Shown: positions 37,919-52,081 of the stretch, in pieces
Layout: each line of letters begins with the position of its first letter
Numbering within the stretch: the first letter of the stretch is position 1
Assembly (NCBI GenBank): GCA_020137815.1
Contig: CM035358.1
Coordinates: forward strand, 8,060,250 to 8,124,249
DNA from: Hormiphora californensis
Taxonomy: Eukaryota; Animalia; Ctenophora
Direction of reading: 5' to 3'
Length of the DNA: 64,000 bases
The notes under the pieces: model-generated
Databases searched by the model: none
What the model was told of the DNA's origin: nothing
What the model saw: the letters and a program-made list of their open reading frames with translations, nothing else
Made by a program: the position numbers and the translations under genes

Positions 37919-38785
37919 ATTTTAGTTTTGAGAGAGATATAATATCACGCCCAATTCCATATTATTCTAATTAATATTCAGGCCCAAGGTGTAGTAATGT
38001 TTTGGCACACCTCGCGAGACACGGGTATCCCCTCCGCCACTGCAGCTTACATCGCCTCGAGCCAGACTACCATTCTATCCAGACGATTATAATGGGAGGA
38101 ATCACGGAGGCTTATATTGAGCGGGCCCCTTTTTAGATCTGTTTTCTGTCCAAAATCCCTTTGAATTGATAATTTATGTTTTTAATCCGGATATTCACTA
38201 TTTCTGTGTAAATGTATTTCTAACGATCAAGTTTTCATAGGATTATAGATGTTCCTACTAAGGTGCCTTCATAGGAAAAGCATAGGCTAGTAAGTCAACC
38301 AACCAACTAATATAAAGATAACAAGGCTATAATTTCATAGTTGAACCGATACATTTAACTGATATGAATTGTCTGGCCGCGCAGAGTCCCCGATTCTTAT
38401 TCTGCAGACAGTTGGCGCTCTGAATGGGGGGGCTTCAGTACAGTAGACTTGTGGTGAACTATTCTGCGTTTTCAGGAGTATGAGTCACTTACTCGTTTCA
38501 CATCAAGTACAAGATGCAGAAGTTTGATAAGGAAAAGAACCACATGGCCCGTCTCGAGAGACAGGTAGATCACGTTACTTGTTTATTATTATACTCTTAA
38601 TACTCTTTCCCTTTTGAACAACACATAATGACGGTCATGTCTAATCTGATGAAGGGGAATGACTCAGCTCCTTTCCTTCAGAGGTCAATATTGGCCCAGG
38701 AGGCAGACTGGGACCGAGAGTTAGCTGATAATGAAACAGTTGGCTACAGAAACTATATGAAGAAAGTGGTGAAACAGGACGGAAT
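37919..38785 (+). repeat. Copy 2 of the duplicated segment
   Basis: Shares gaagtttgataaggaaaagaaccacatg and aggtcaatattggcccaggaggc...tatatgaagaaagtggtgaaaca with copy 1. Confidence 0.7.
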
Positions 38786-38974
38786 AAAAAGACGATGTCC
38801 ACAAATGTCGACAAGGTGGGTTTATAGCTACTATCGGGCTTCTGATCGGTATATTCTAAGGTGGCCCTTTCTTGGCTGTTACTGTCAGCGCGATGCCTGA
38901 CCTCTCGCATCGCTCTGCTGAAAGCGTACGAGACATAGTGATGCCTTGACAAGTAAACCCTCCTACTATATTTT

Positions 38975-39960
38975 CAGGTGGTAGAGGATGAGATAGACTC
39001 ATTACCGAAAACAGGCTTTAAATAGTCTGCTTTTTGCACAGTGATAGCAACATTACAGACAATCAGCAACCTCAGGGAAATATGAAGGGGGGCGCTCTGC
39101 TGGAGGACGGGGAGGAGGAAAATGTGAGTGTTGGTATGGTAACGAAGTTTACGTACCCATCCTTTGCCACCGTGCGAAGGTCGCGACTCTATAGAGGGGT
39201 TATTTCGTAACAAAAATGTAGCTATGATTGTGAGTATAATGAGTAATGACTCACAATGTGAGTGTGGGACGTGGGTTAACATCGGAGGCTTTAGTTAGAA
39301 TTTGATTACTTGATCTAACATCCATCTAACAAGACTCATTATGTCTCCATCAGACAGTGATATGTGCTGCAGAGTACCGGAGGTTAATTGATAAGATATC
39401 AGGGATATTGGAGGGAGCTATAGAGATGGTCCAGGTGGTAGTAACCAATGAGACGATGGTGTATGGTATGGGGGATACTGTAGGTGCGGACTCTGTCATG
39501 GGCAGTGGGCGCTGACCCTGATTCTCATTCTCGGAGCGCACGAGACTAGTCGGTCAGAACATTGGCGTACTAATAATCTTTGATCCATCTATGCGGGCTC
39601 TTAATCGGGCTTAATATTGAGCTTCGCCCAATATTTTATTCGAACAGCGCCGAATCTTTGTTCTCATTTCTTGGAGTCGCAGCTGACTTCTATGAATTTA
39701 TTCACAATTCTGACGGCATCCTGTTTCAGAGTTTTGTGGACGCACCACGCCTAGACGGATAGGCACGTGTAGCAAAAGCAGCTCGATGAAGTCGGATCGA
39801 CTAAGGGAAGCCAGTAAGTAGAAGCGCTGCAAGATGAGGTTAACATTGGAAGGAGTGTATTTTGTTGCGAGGCCCCCCTGCTCTTCTTCTTCTTCAGCGT
39901 TAAAGACGTTAAGACTAGAAGGGCTGCGCCTCTCTTCTAGGAGGGGCCCCATCGTCTTAT
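38975..39960 (-). mobile_element. Degenerate LINE remnant (ORF1 end / endonuclease start)
   Basis: Broken frames resembling APE motifs: ILSINLR, then R...GGKG; heavily frameshifted. Confidence 0.3.
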
Positions 39961-42900
39961 AAGCATGATATCTCTGCTTGTTTCAGAATACGGTAGTTCA
40001 CCAGCTGGCAGTAGCACGATAAACGGCGAGATCAATAGTTCTGAATGTTGCTACAAGGCTCAGCTCACATTAAGACAATCTGAAAACAAAGCGTCAAAAC
40101 GGTAGCAAAATCAATCCAGGTTAGTTTTTTTGATCTAGAATTTGTGGTAGTAGACCAAAACGGGATCTGAATTGATGAGGTCGTAGGTCTCCTGATAACT
40201 AGCTGTCTGGCGGCGTCTGATCCCGTTTTTATTCTCGTCATACAGTGCGCGTCAGATCGGGATCGGATGCGGCGGCCGTGGCCTATATAAAAACAGATAA
40301 CAAGCTGTATCATTACTTGACTGACAACATCTGACAACTTGACAACACGTCTGACAGGACCTGTTGAACAGTTTAGGAGACACAAAGTACGCTAAAAAAA
40401 GCAAGTGTGGGAGCGTAGAACTGAGACGCGAGCGGACTTGCGTAGAAGTCATGATGTTAATTGTTTGACAGAGATTTGAACACCGAATCTCACTTACTTC
40501 GCGCAGAGCGGAGTGAGGCGTTAGGCAACACACTTAAACTCCCTGTATTTTCAGCGTGCTTCGTCCGCCTCCATGATGCCCTTTGAGTTTGCTTTGTCAC
40601 GGTCGGAGAGGGGTTTGTGATGCCCGTCACCAGGACCAAGCAAGGAGGTCAGGTGCAAGCATGGCAAGTAAGTGAACTTATTGGCGATTAGTCCTCCTTG
40701 TACAGATAGTGGTATATCCCGGGATATATATATATCCCCTCTTTAGTAGTGTACTGCTGCACACCAAGACTGGAGAGAACTAGCATGATAGGGTAGCCCA
40801 CTTGCCCACTTTCAAAACAATTGAACGAGCTCTACGAAGGGGGGGGGGGGGGGGGAGGTCAAACCGGGGTGTAGATATAGGCCATAGGTTTATGAGAACG
40901 AGTTGGATAAGTTCATCGAAGAGCAAGACTTATGACTGGAATAGAAGAACTTCGCGCAGTGCAGGACTGGGAATCTGCCGCTCTTTGTACCGAAGTGGGT
41001 TTGCATAAGTACGCAACTGAAACTGTGTCCGATCAAAACAGTACTAATACTGTAATTGGGTTGCTTGGTACGACTGTAACATGTGTTAATCATAGACGGC
41101 GCAGGGAAATCATGCTATGAGTAAGTGTCACACTCAAAAAATGCTCATCGAATTTCTTCCCCCCCCCCCCCCAGGGACGATGCTTTGAAGGGATCCGGAG
41201 AGTAGCTTAAGACAAGCCGGGGGCTACATTGGAGCATGATCCATTGGAGCTCGGCCATGGAAAAATCCTAAAAATAGAATCTGCCGGCGATCATGGGAGA
41301 AGCTGAGATACGCCTGTTGATAGAAAAGCGCAATTCGTGGATACGCTCCGCTTTCTTAAAAAGAACTATTAATTTAGCTATCTTGAATGGCGATTTGCGA
41401 GAGAGACAATGGCACATGTGGCAAGCCCTAGAATTTTAGAGTTAGAGATAAATGGGCATTGGGCAGTTTATAATGTTTGTTTGATGATTCAAAAACTGCA
41501 CTGTGTTTGTCTTTTTTGGAATCTGATTTAAGAAGTTTATCTCAGCAACATATGGCCTCAGACACATGCGTCACACCATTTAATCACTTGCATAATATGC
41601 TACACAAGCCCTCTCCTGAGATTCTAATTTTCTTACGTCCGGTCACACAAGTATAGCATATTATTCAATTATTTATTGTGAATGCTCCGTGTGGGCTAGC
41701 TCTAACTTTCCCACATCTAGCGGTCACACCACCTAGGGCACGCAATTAAGATCATTTTAGAATTCGTCTTAGTTAAAACGTCCGTCAATAAAAATCTTTG
41801 TATGAATACTGTAAACCTAGATATTTTCGGTAGTATTTTTATTTTTCGGCTTGGCTTTATTTTTGGTCGAAATCGCGAAAAGTAATTCCGGCGAAAAATA
41901 TTTTGGACGATTTTACTAGATAAGGGTGCTCGTGGCAAGTTATTTCTAGGATACACATTTTTATCTTTAGTCTTTTAGGCCTTTTGCTGTCTCATCCTTG
42001 ATGTCCTTAATTCAGCATCGAGAGGTGGCCATCATGGCAATGCGGAAAATGGTGCTCTAGCATTTCATTGGTCTATTGATATTAAAGCGGTGCCAAGGCC
42101 AGGTCTGGTGCTCATGGGTGCAATGATTGACTGCACTCTTGACGTATAATTAACAATATACTAGCGGATCCAGTGAAATGGGGGTAGCAGTTGTGGAGCG
42201 AGCGAAAATTATATAAGTAAATCGGCGAAAATAGTAAATTTTGATGGGGTCGACATCGCGAAAATTTACTTGCCTCGAAATATGCTAGTTTTAGCAGTAT
42301 ATATAATCGAGCTTTTCGATAGGCAAAAACGCCTCTTTAGTATGTACCGTTTCAAATCAAAACTCGGAAAAGTGTCTTGTCCGTGGCTGAACGTTTCGGT
42401 GCTAAGTTGTATTGATAACCCACTTGTTGAGGCGATGGGCGAACGTGAAGATAGGTGGGCAAAATTCGATTATTAGTAAGCGGAATCTTGTCACCCATGA
42501 ACAATGCCCAGCAAAACTCTCTCCCGCAACGTACAGCCTGTCTGAGTAATGGTAGTGAAATTGTCAGGATGGCAGCTGACTAGGGCATCGCGGGCACCTC
42601 TGCTTAGCGGGGGCCTATCGCGAGCATATACGCTTACTTCTCGTTAATTAAGGCTCGCATATTTCAGAAACTTTTAATAAGAAACTTTTTTTCTAGACTA
42701 CAGTGAATGGCATCCAAAAACAAAGGCATAAATTCTCTTTTCTGCTTCTTTACTGGCAGATACTAAACAATTTTAGGGGTGTTCTATTTTGTTGTGGTGT
42801 CAGGCTGAATTGTGTAATTTACATTTGAAAAGTTTTCTTATATAAAAAGATTTGCTTTACTAAAGGCGTTTCTTAAAAAACGAGAGTAAGGTATATAGTT

Positions 42901-43458
42901 GTCGAGATGATAAAAAATTGGGGACAATTTAGCTAAGGGGGACTGGGATCCGGATATTGATTTAATCAATCGGAATACATCATCTTTTCCAGTCTTACTA
43001 ACTGGTGTTTAAACTTTAGCACCAAAATTCTCAGGATTTTATAGCGCAGCTACCTAGCTCAGTTATCAATTGGCCTGACATCCCTCAGGCTAGCTATGGA
43101 TCCTACTACGGCGACCTAAAAAGGTGGCTGCGTCCATTACATAAGTTACCAATTCTGCTCCTGATTTCCGAGAGCAAGCTGCATGCTGGTGAAGAGAATA
43201 TCTAATATCTATGGGCAGGAGGTTCTCCATCATGCGTCTTGGGTGGTATTTGTAACCTGTGAATCATATTGCATAATAAAGATTGGTGATCGGCATTTTG
43301 TTAGTCGCCCTACACTAGCCGCCGCGAAGCGCCTGGCTTAAACGAAGCCTGGGGCCGGATGGCATCACCAATTATAAAGAGCATGAAGTATGAAATTCAT
43401 TCCAGATTGAATCAATATAAAGGCTTTGGGGCCTGACAGAGATAAATCTTCCCAATAA

Positions 43459-43606
43459 AAGTCCATGTCTAATCTCGCATTATAATTGGTATGGAAGTCC
43501 ATGTCTAATCTCGTATTATAATTGGTATGGAAGTCCATGTCTAATCTCGCATTATAATTGGTATGGAAGGTCGGCATGTCCTATCTCGTCATTCGAGAAT
43601 TGGTAT
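43459..43606. repeat. 36-bp tandem repeat, 3 copies + 1 degenerate
   Basis: (aagtccatgtctaatctcgcattataattggtatgg)n. Confidence 0.9.
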
Positions 43607-43831
43607 CTACGCACCTGTTGGAAGTTGACTGATCTTGCTCTCTGCATAGAACTTATTGAGGGCGGAGGCTAGGGTGGGGGGGTTTCTCAGCTGGGGGCTT
43701 GTAGGTGAGTTTCTTTCTTGGATGATCTATGGTAGGTGGGCAGTGGCACTCTTGTAGAGACTATGTCGGCAATCTGTATAGCCTCTTTAACATGGAAAGG
43801 AAATGAAGTGTGTATTAGAGCTTTTTTCATG

Positions 43832-44405
43832 CTTTGAAATTACGATTCGAGAACTTTTCCTTGCTTAGAAACTACGATCCGAGAAATTTTCTCGGGGGGC
43901 TGAAATTGTTGGGCGATCGAGAAAATTCTACTGCTTAGAATTCGATTTCGAGATTTTCTCGGGTGTTGTTGGCTTAGGTAATTGCGATTCGAAAATTTTT
44001 CTTGCTTAGAAATTGCAATTCGAGAAATTTTCTCGCTGAGAGATTGCTATCCGAGAAACTTTCTCGCAAAAAATTTCGCGATACGAGAAATTTTCTACCT
44101 TAGAAATTTCGATTCGAGAAATTTTCCTTTCTCGGCTTAGATTGGCGAGAATATTTTCTTGCGGCTTATGAAATTTGCGATTCGAGATAATTTTGCTCGC
44201 TTAGAAATAACTATTCGAGAAAATTTCTCAGCGCTTAGACATTGAGAATCGAAAATTTTTCATCGGCTAAGACTTATGATTCGTATGAAATTTTCTTGCT
44301 TAGAAAATTACGATTCGAGAAATTTCTCGCTAGACTTGTAGATTCGATGTAAATTTTCAAATCGGCTAAGTAAATTATGATTCGAGAAATTTTCTTGCTT
44401 AGAAA
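43832..44405. repeat. ~31-bp minisatellite (cttagaaattgcgattcgagaaattttctcg)
   Basis: Many imperfect copies; same family as 59708-59965. Confidence 0.88.
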
Positions 44406-44555
44406 CTGACTGGATAAATTAGTGGAAGACATGCGACTACTTACATATTGGAATTGTTCTTAATAATCATGGTTTCTTTTATGTTGGGATGGCTTTGAAA
44501 AAAGCCTTTGGCGGTACTGGGCTATGCGGCCGGTAGGGCTGAGATGTAGAGAGTT

Positions 44556-44935
44556 TAAATACCTCCGAATCCATGAGATGGTTCGTCGCTTGCTCTTCAT
44601 GGGGCATATGACGAGATCGCTATAGCGGTGACAGTCTTCGCTCTTGGTCTATGCGCTCGAAGTATGTCATCCAGGCATTCATCGCCGTAAATTATGACAG
44701 TTCTCCAGGTATAAACGGTCTCTTCAGGACACCTTGCGGGGGCTTCCGGCATAGATGTCAGATCCTGGGGCTGATTCGTGCTTGACCCGTCTCCCCTCCT
44801 GGCGAGACGTCGGTGGCAGTCTTGGGATTCCCGATGTTCTCAGTCGTAGAATCTTTCGATTGGACGTCTGTGGGCTCGGCTCGTTCGCGTCTTTCCGGAG
44901 TCCTTTCGCCTCCTTTAGCCCACGGGCCTAGACAT
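44556..44935 (-). pseudogene. H4: Histone H4, indel-damaged copy
   Basis: Aligns to 59269-59580 with many insertions; stem-loop at ~44491-44506. Confidence 0.8.
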
Positions 44936-45353
44936 TGTTTCAGTAGAAGATATTAGGGCAGATAGTTTGTAAACTGTTTGTGTGATTGATTAATGTGATT
45001 TGGTTGTGAAATATTTCGGCTGGTGATATTAGAATTTTCTACCAAGGCACGTTGGTAACTTTGGGCATGTTATTGCGGGGCCATCCATATTGTGCTCTGC
45101 TATGCTCGATAACTGTCGTTCAACTATCCGAAGATTCTCTTAGCTGATCCAGATTAGGCTTTAGGCCATGCGAGCTCTCTTATTGTATCGGCCATGAGGT
45201 TCGCTTAGGCGTGTCATGCTCTCACGGTTCTAAGTCCGTTGGGCGGGAACTTGTGAAGTATTAATTAGCCGTGAAAATTTTTCTTGGGGGATTTTTTCAA
45301 CTTTTGCCAAATTTTATTCCTTGAGGGGGGGTGGGCTAGCATTCAACTCGAAA

Positions 45354-45874
45354 TGGGCGGCCCCGAACAAAGGGCAGTACCGCCCGTAAGTCATACTCGG
45401 AGGAAAGGTTCTCCCGTAAGTGCCTCGCCACGCAAGGAGAGCCGCTCGAAAGAGTGGCTCTCCGCCGACTGGAGAGTGATGAAGCCCCAGAAAGGAAGAT
45501 GGAAAAAGGAGAAGGGGGCCACATTTAGGTCTAGGGCCGGCTGGTAGCCGGTTGGGCCCCTCGCGTAGATATCAGGCGATACCAAGTCTACTGAACTGCG
45601 CCTGAGGGAAGGGCTGTCCCTGCGCAGCGTCTTGTTCGTGAGTATTGCCGTTCAAGAGCTTCAAGAGGCCGTACTTCGATTCATGATTCTATCTTCTTCT
45701 GTGATGCTTTGGGGAGGGGCCAGGAGCAGGGGTAGTGAGGGGTGCTTAACCGTTGTTGTACTCTTGCGATCGGACACCAACCATGTGTGGCCATCCAGCG
45801 GCCAAGAGGTTCACAATCATGCCCAAGTATTATCGAGCTTGGCTCGCCGAATCCGAGGAGAAACGTGCTCCTAA
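45354..45874 (+). pseudogene. H3: Histone H3, indel-damaged copy
   Basis: Recognisable ARTKQTARKS..., IRRYQ.STEL, DTN.CAIH.KR.TIMPK, LARRIRGE; stem-loop remnant ~45920. Confidence 0.8.
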
Positions 45875-47489
45875 TTCTTATGGCTTCTTCCAGTTTTAGG
45901 CCATATGGACAACGACAACGGTGCTTTTTCAGGCGCCAACCCAAATCAAATAAAGAAATTGTACATAGATGCTTATGTGATGGTGTTCATTGGGGGGTTA
46001 TCATGGTGAGCAATGGTGACAATAGGTAGCTTCATGATCTGAGGCATTTAGTGTAAATGTCACTCATCGACCATTTGGGTCACCATTTGTCAGCCATTTA
46101 TCTCGCGTTGTGCCCATTGTCTGCACAAGGCCATTTGTCTGCCATTTTTTGACGAAATAATGCGTATTTCGGCAGTAATTTCTTTAAAATTTTTCATTAA
46201 GAATTTTATAAAATTTCTTTAGAATGCGATATAATCCTGTTCATAAGCTGTTAAATACTATGCGCCATTCCGATCGGCTAGTAGTGTTTTGGACGCGCTA
46301 AAAGCTTCCTCGAAAGTCGACGTGAGGATGTACCGGTCGCTCTCGCAGGTCAACAAATAAAACCGCTAATTAACCCATAAACATGTGACTCCTTAATTAC
46401 TTCCAATTCGACTTGAAAGCGTGATAGAATGTCCGGCCCAGTGTCCCGGGCATGAAGCATCATATTATGTCCTGCATAATATACATCCATATTATGGCCT
46501 AGTAGGAAGGCTCCAGAGGAGGGAATGGTGAGCCAATGGTGAGCTTCATCAGTCACAAATTTGGTTTCATTGGGTCATACCATCACCTATTTGTCAGCCA
46601 TATGTCGCACCATTTGTTCAACGCTATTTGTCAGCCAGATTGCGAATGGCGCCCCGTGTTCCTTTATTTCACAGTATTTTTATCATATATTTCCTTGAAC
46701 GGCATTCGTTAATGTCTGTAAGGCATGGTTTGGATATGTAGAAATTGGGCGGGTAGGTCTGCATGACAGGAGAAGTGGTTGGGTAATAATAATTTGGTAT
46801 AGCACACTGTGTCTTCGTTCAATCACATCAAGATTAGGAGCTGGTTTGAGTAGGAACAGGACTGTTCGCTTGTAAGTCATCTCTTCGCCAGTATAGTATG
46901 GCAGACTCGGCTGAACACGTAATTGTTAGGTTCGCGAGGAGAAATTCGTGTCGGTGCAAATCCTTTGCATCGTGGGCAGAAGTACTACATTGTAATGCGG
47001 TATCGCTATTCAGAGCGCCAGATTGACACACACGTGTGTCGTCTAAAAGTGCTTAAAGTCGGATTTTTAAGTTGTCTACCCGCAAAACCAAAAATGACGC
47101 AAGGCATCTGAAATTTATCAATTTTTGACGTGGGCACGAGCGCCACTACTTAACATGTGATGTGACGCGCGAAAAGCATTTCGGCACACGAACAGGGGGG
47201 TGTACGAACTTCAAATAAATCTCGACTTATCATGCGAAATTCAATGCTTTCTCATTGCGTACATCCGCTTGGCGCTCGTGATTTCTTTAGCATACACTAC
47301 ACGGTGCGAGAGTTTGACAGCACTTTGCACGCTAAGAAACCTGGCGGCTAACCCGGAGATTCCGCTACAGCACTAGTATGTCGGGGGTCGCGGCTAGTGT
47401 CTATGTCCGTGTCACCAAAGAGAGCCGTATTGGTCATGTACCGGTTTTGGTCTGCTAGGACAGCCCAGTATTCCCACTACATGCTGGGC

Positions 47490-49457
47490 ATAGGCAGCAG
47501 CTGTCAGTAACGCACATGTTCCTATGTGGGCTCACGGATTGTTGGTCATGGGTTAGATCGGAGGTGGTTGGGCGTCACAAACGGGGGTATTTGTGAGAAT
47601 AAACATTATGGGACACTTACGTGATCAATTCCTTGGCTTACATTTTTCGCTATAATTTTTTGTCAAAATTGCGAAATTCATTTTTCATCACTATGATCCT
47701 TCATATTTCATTCTATTTCTCGTTCATGTCATGTATGTGAGTCATCCTATTTTCCATCATTATGCTATTTGCTTTGGCTTTGAATTATGCTTGGCCAATT
47801 AGCATCCACAGCCATGAAAATGCATTGAAGGCAGCGGCAGGTCCTCAGGCAGTGAGAAAATGTTGCATGGCTGATTTGGGTCGCTTTTGGCGACTCTTGT
47901 CCATAACAGGCTGTATCACAGGGCTATACGGCATTGCGTTGCAAATTCTTCATTGAAAAAAGTCTTTGGTAAAAGAAAACACTAGATAAGCAAAGATCTT
48001 TGCTCAGGCAAAGAATAAATCAAGGACAAATGGTCAAACGTTCATTTCTTTTTGTTAGTTCATTCTCGTTCATTCGAGGATCCACATCTGTCCTAAAGTG
48101 AGTGAAAGGTTTGGGTTTTGGTTTGGCTCGCTCTGTTTGTTGCTATGTCCATGGGGTTGCTAATGACGAGAGAGTGTAATAGGCGTGTTGGCGGGTCTAG
48201 TTTTCTGGGTGTCATGTGATGCTGCGAGATGATAATCTGATGGCACTCCCAATTTATCTGAGCCACTAATTAAGGGATTTTCTCAAATTCCAGGCTGTAC
48301 TTGGTTTTTCGCGATAGTAGTCTCGGGGTCTAGCAATGTTATGAGATCTCTATACACCTCAAAAAAATGATGATTCTCTCGAAAAACCAAAAAAAACAAT
48401 GAAATAGTTGATTTATGATTGAAAGATTAAAACGCGATGGCAATAAAATTGAGACCGAACGAACTAATTACATCATATCACTCATTTCATTGGAGCTAAC
48501 ATTATTTTTGAGGTGTTATGAGATCTTCATAACATTGGCTGGACACAGTCAGGTTGGGGGCGTACCTATCGCAGAAAAACCAAGTTACGATGCTGATTTG
48601 AGAAATCTCCGCTAATATCATGGCTGCAGAAAAGGTGTCGATATATCATCATGATCCACATGGAGCTGTGTCCGATGTTCAGGACACGGCCAAAACTAAG
48701 CCTCGGAAAACCGCTCATTACACCTCTCTGCTCATTGGTAAAAAAAAAGGGGGGAACATGGGGGCGCAAACTAAACCGTCAAACCTTTTCATCAGTCTTT
48801 AGGATGTTGGTTTTCGCTAATGAATCGGAATGAAGGTCTAAGCAAAAACGAAAATGAACTTTGGCTTTGGTGGCCGACTTGGCATTTTTCTTGTGAGGGC
48901 AAAGGATCTTTGGCTATATCCTAATGTCTTTTCGCCAAAGTTTTAAGAGAGATTGTAGAACGAAAGGTTAGTCCGTGATACATCTGTTTGAAGAGTCGTA
49001 AAAAGAGGCCGAAATCCTGCATGAACATTTCTCCTCACTGGCTGAGTGACGGCTGGTGCTTCATATTTCATTTTCTGGTGCTCATTGGAAGTATAAAACT
49101 CAGCCATACGAAAAAGAGCATAAATGATGGAAAATGAGGATGCTCACTATCATGAATACAGCTGAGGAAATGAAGGGGGGGGGGGGGGTGGCGGAGATGA
49201 AGTGAATGAAATAATGAATTTTCGAATTTTTGACAAAAAATATGTAAGAAGTTACGGGGCAAGGTAATTGATCCCCAAGGCTGGGCTGCTCATAGATTTA
49301 TTATTTCTCACAACTATCAGGCGTTTTGGGGGACCGCACAGCACCACACTGTCTCTAACGCATAGATCGCATATCATACGTGGCCCACCTTGTATGCTCG
49401 AATAATGCGTAGCTGTAACATAGAATTTGCGCTAGTATAGCAACTGGCTCTAGGCTT
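47490..49457. mobile_element. Degenerate long-TIR DNA element
   Basis: ~47490-48060 is an imperfect inverse of ~48830-49457 (e.g. ttttttgtcaaaatt / aatttttgacaaaaaa; ttttccatcattatgct / agcataaatgatggaaaa). Confidence 0.55.
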
Positions 49458-49598
49458 CTGAATTTCTATCTAATCATGACATGATATGATAAAATGGTTA
49501 CGGATTGATCGGCACACGTGTCTTTTGGTTTTGGAGGGGGGCTTGAAAAAAGCGCTTTGTGCCGTGTTTTAAAAATCAGGCGGGGAGTATCTCAGTGT

Positions 49599-50023
49599 TT
49601 ACTTGGAGGTATAGGATGTGTACTTAGCTTGGGTAACAGTGCCTTGGTTCCCTCTGATATTCAAGTTCGGGCTGGCCATCTCACCGGGCAAAAGGAGGGC
49701 CTCACAAGCAGTCTGACCTCGTCTGGAGGAGATGTCTTTCGCTTGTTGTAGTGTCCTAAGTCGAGAAGGGCCTGCTCCGGCGATCCTCATCAAATCCTCT
49801 CAAAGATGTCGTTCCAACGAGTTCATGCATGGAGCAATGTGCCTTGGAGGGCTGACTCCAGTGTCGGGGGGGTGACCTGCTTGAGGACGCTTGTAGATGT
49901 ATATGGATAGGATTCCATTCGTCTCTTTGCTTCTTCGCTCTTGTCTCCATCCGACACGTTGTCGGCCGGCGGCTTCTTGGCTTGCCTTCTTCTCGCTTTC
50001 TTTCCAGAAACGGTGGGCAGCAT
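49599..50023 (-). pseudogene. H2B: Histone H2B, indel-damaged copy
   Basis: Aligns with 61441-61815 including flanks. Confidence 0.85.
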
Positions 50024-50478
50024 CTTAAAAGTTGATTTGGGTAGTACATGTATGCAGCTGGCAGTTAGTGAGGTTATTCTGATCCTCGATGCTTGCGGTA
50101 ATTTATACAGGGTGCGGATTCTAGGAAGGCTAGTGAGCGCGAAATGAGAAGGGCTCGCTTTGTAAGCATGGCGCTAGTATTATATTGAGGGCTTATGAAA
50201 CGGCTACACACTCTAATTGGATCTCTTTGTGCTTGGGCCGTCACGTGTGCCTAATTGGAGCATCCTTTATTGGGTTCTCGCTAGTTATGCAATAGAGCTT
50301 AGGCCAATGGAGAATCAGGGTTTTTGAAACATGAGGGCTCTCTATTCTATCGCGGAAGTCATGCTCAGTAATCAGATAGACGACCGGAGGGGTCTCGGAG
50401 GGTCGGGGCGAGAAGTCAATTGTCCAATCTTGAACTCAGTCAACTACAGTTTTGGGCAACAAGCCCATCTGAATTCAC

Positions 50479-50925
50479 ATTCTGGAGTTGGGCAAGGAGG
50501 GCAACAGCTAAGGCTAGATGGCGGCAAATCTCTGATCTTCCAGGGCTGGACATGGGGTGGGCAGTCCCTGTGGGGCGTTGGTCGTGTTCAGGGCCGACTT
50601 TCATTGTACTGCAACTATTATCGCAGAGCGAGTGGGAGCTGGTCCCGCGCGTCTAGCTTTGGCAGCTGTTTATGGAGTATCTGGGCTGCTGAAACTCTCT
50701 GGAGTTGGCTGCAAGAACACACACAGCCCGTGATCAACAAGTACCGACAGGATCTTATCCTTCGACACTTGCACATGGCTGTGAGGAAGCGATGGAGAGG
50801 CTGAAAACAAACTTCTGCGCGCGGAGTGACCATTGCTGGCAGGAGGTGTTCGGCGCTCAACATCCCGGCTGTTCTCGCTGCCCAAGAAGTCTGAGCATGG
50901 CTGTGGCTTATGTGCGCTGAAGTAA
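50479..50925 (+). pseudogene. H2A: Histone H2A, indel-damaged copy
   Basis: Aligns with 62201-62581 including promoter and 3' end. Confidence 0.85.
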
Positions 50926-52081
50926 ATCGTCTGAGTCTACGTCGCTTGTTTCGAGAGGGGAAATCTGGCAAAACGGTGCTTTTCATCCCCCAGAAATTTC
51001 ACAGGGGCGCCACCCAAATCTAAAAAAGAAACTCCAAAAAGAAACTCTTTCCCTCTTACACCCCTCTCACTATCCTCCATACGTTTTATTTCCTCAATGC
51101 ATCTATGTTATCAGTTTAGCAAATATATATCTATCGAGTTGTGCAAGGATCCCGAGCGATATAGTGACTAGCAAGGAGTTTGACTATAGAAATCTTATCG
51201 TATCTATCTGCGCACATTCCTAAGTGGAGAGAGTTATGTCTTGCTATAGATCCGCACTGCAGTAGCAAATAAAACATGTAGGGTGTGGCTCACGGATCTT
51301 GTCTACAGGCAAAAAAGGGTCAAACAAACACTCATAACAATCGTTGGATGAAATGCAGAGAGAGATACCATTGAACAGTGGGTCATGAGGAACAGAGTAG
51401 CCGGCGTCACGGCGCCGGCTAGTCTGTTGCGCGTCGCAAGTTTAACACGGAGGCGTTGTTGGAGTTTGAACACAACTGTTATGCAGCGCCGTGGTGTGGC
51501 GGTCATTTTAGTGTGTTTCCTATGATATTTAGTTCACAGTAAATCTACATCACGCTCCAGTGATGTACACAGTATAAAGATAGACAGCTCACTATGCGTC
51601 ATTGGCAGCGGCCAAAGACGCTGTGCAAATTGTTCGCGTGTGGCGAACGTCTATTTGAGACAGCGGGGTGAGAGATGACGAGATTTAGAGAGGTAGTTGA
51701 TAACAACCAATTCCCCACCCTCTAAAACAGATTTAAGGCGCAAATCAAGATAGAACTTCTATTAGAAGTCAGTAGGAAAAGGGACTGTCATTGAGAAGAT
51801 GAGAGAGAAACCGACTGCTTCAAATATAATTTATCGACATGTTTTATTTAGAACCTATCTGTTTAGATGAGGTGAAATGGTCCCTTCACAACTGCCCTTC
51901 AAGCAGGTTGGAGAGGGAGAAAGATTTGAAGAAAATGAGAGAGATGGAGAACAAGTATTGCAATGTTTAATCGATAAGTAAATCGGGATTTCTTTAGTTG
52001 ATTTGGGTGGGGCGCTGTAAAGGTGGCACATCCGTTGTTGCGTTGTTATCCTTGCGGTAACAACTGAAGTAGGCCTAATGA

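Noticed and set aside
43459-43606. 36-bp repeats resembling CRISPR repeat length
   Set aside because: Head-to-tail with no spacers, in a eukaryotic context.
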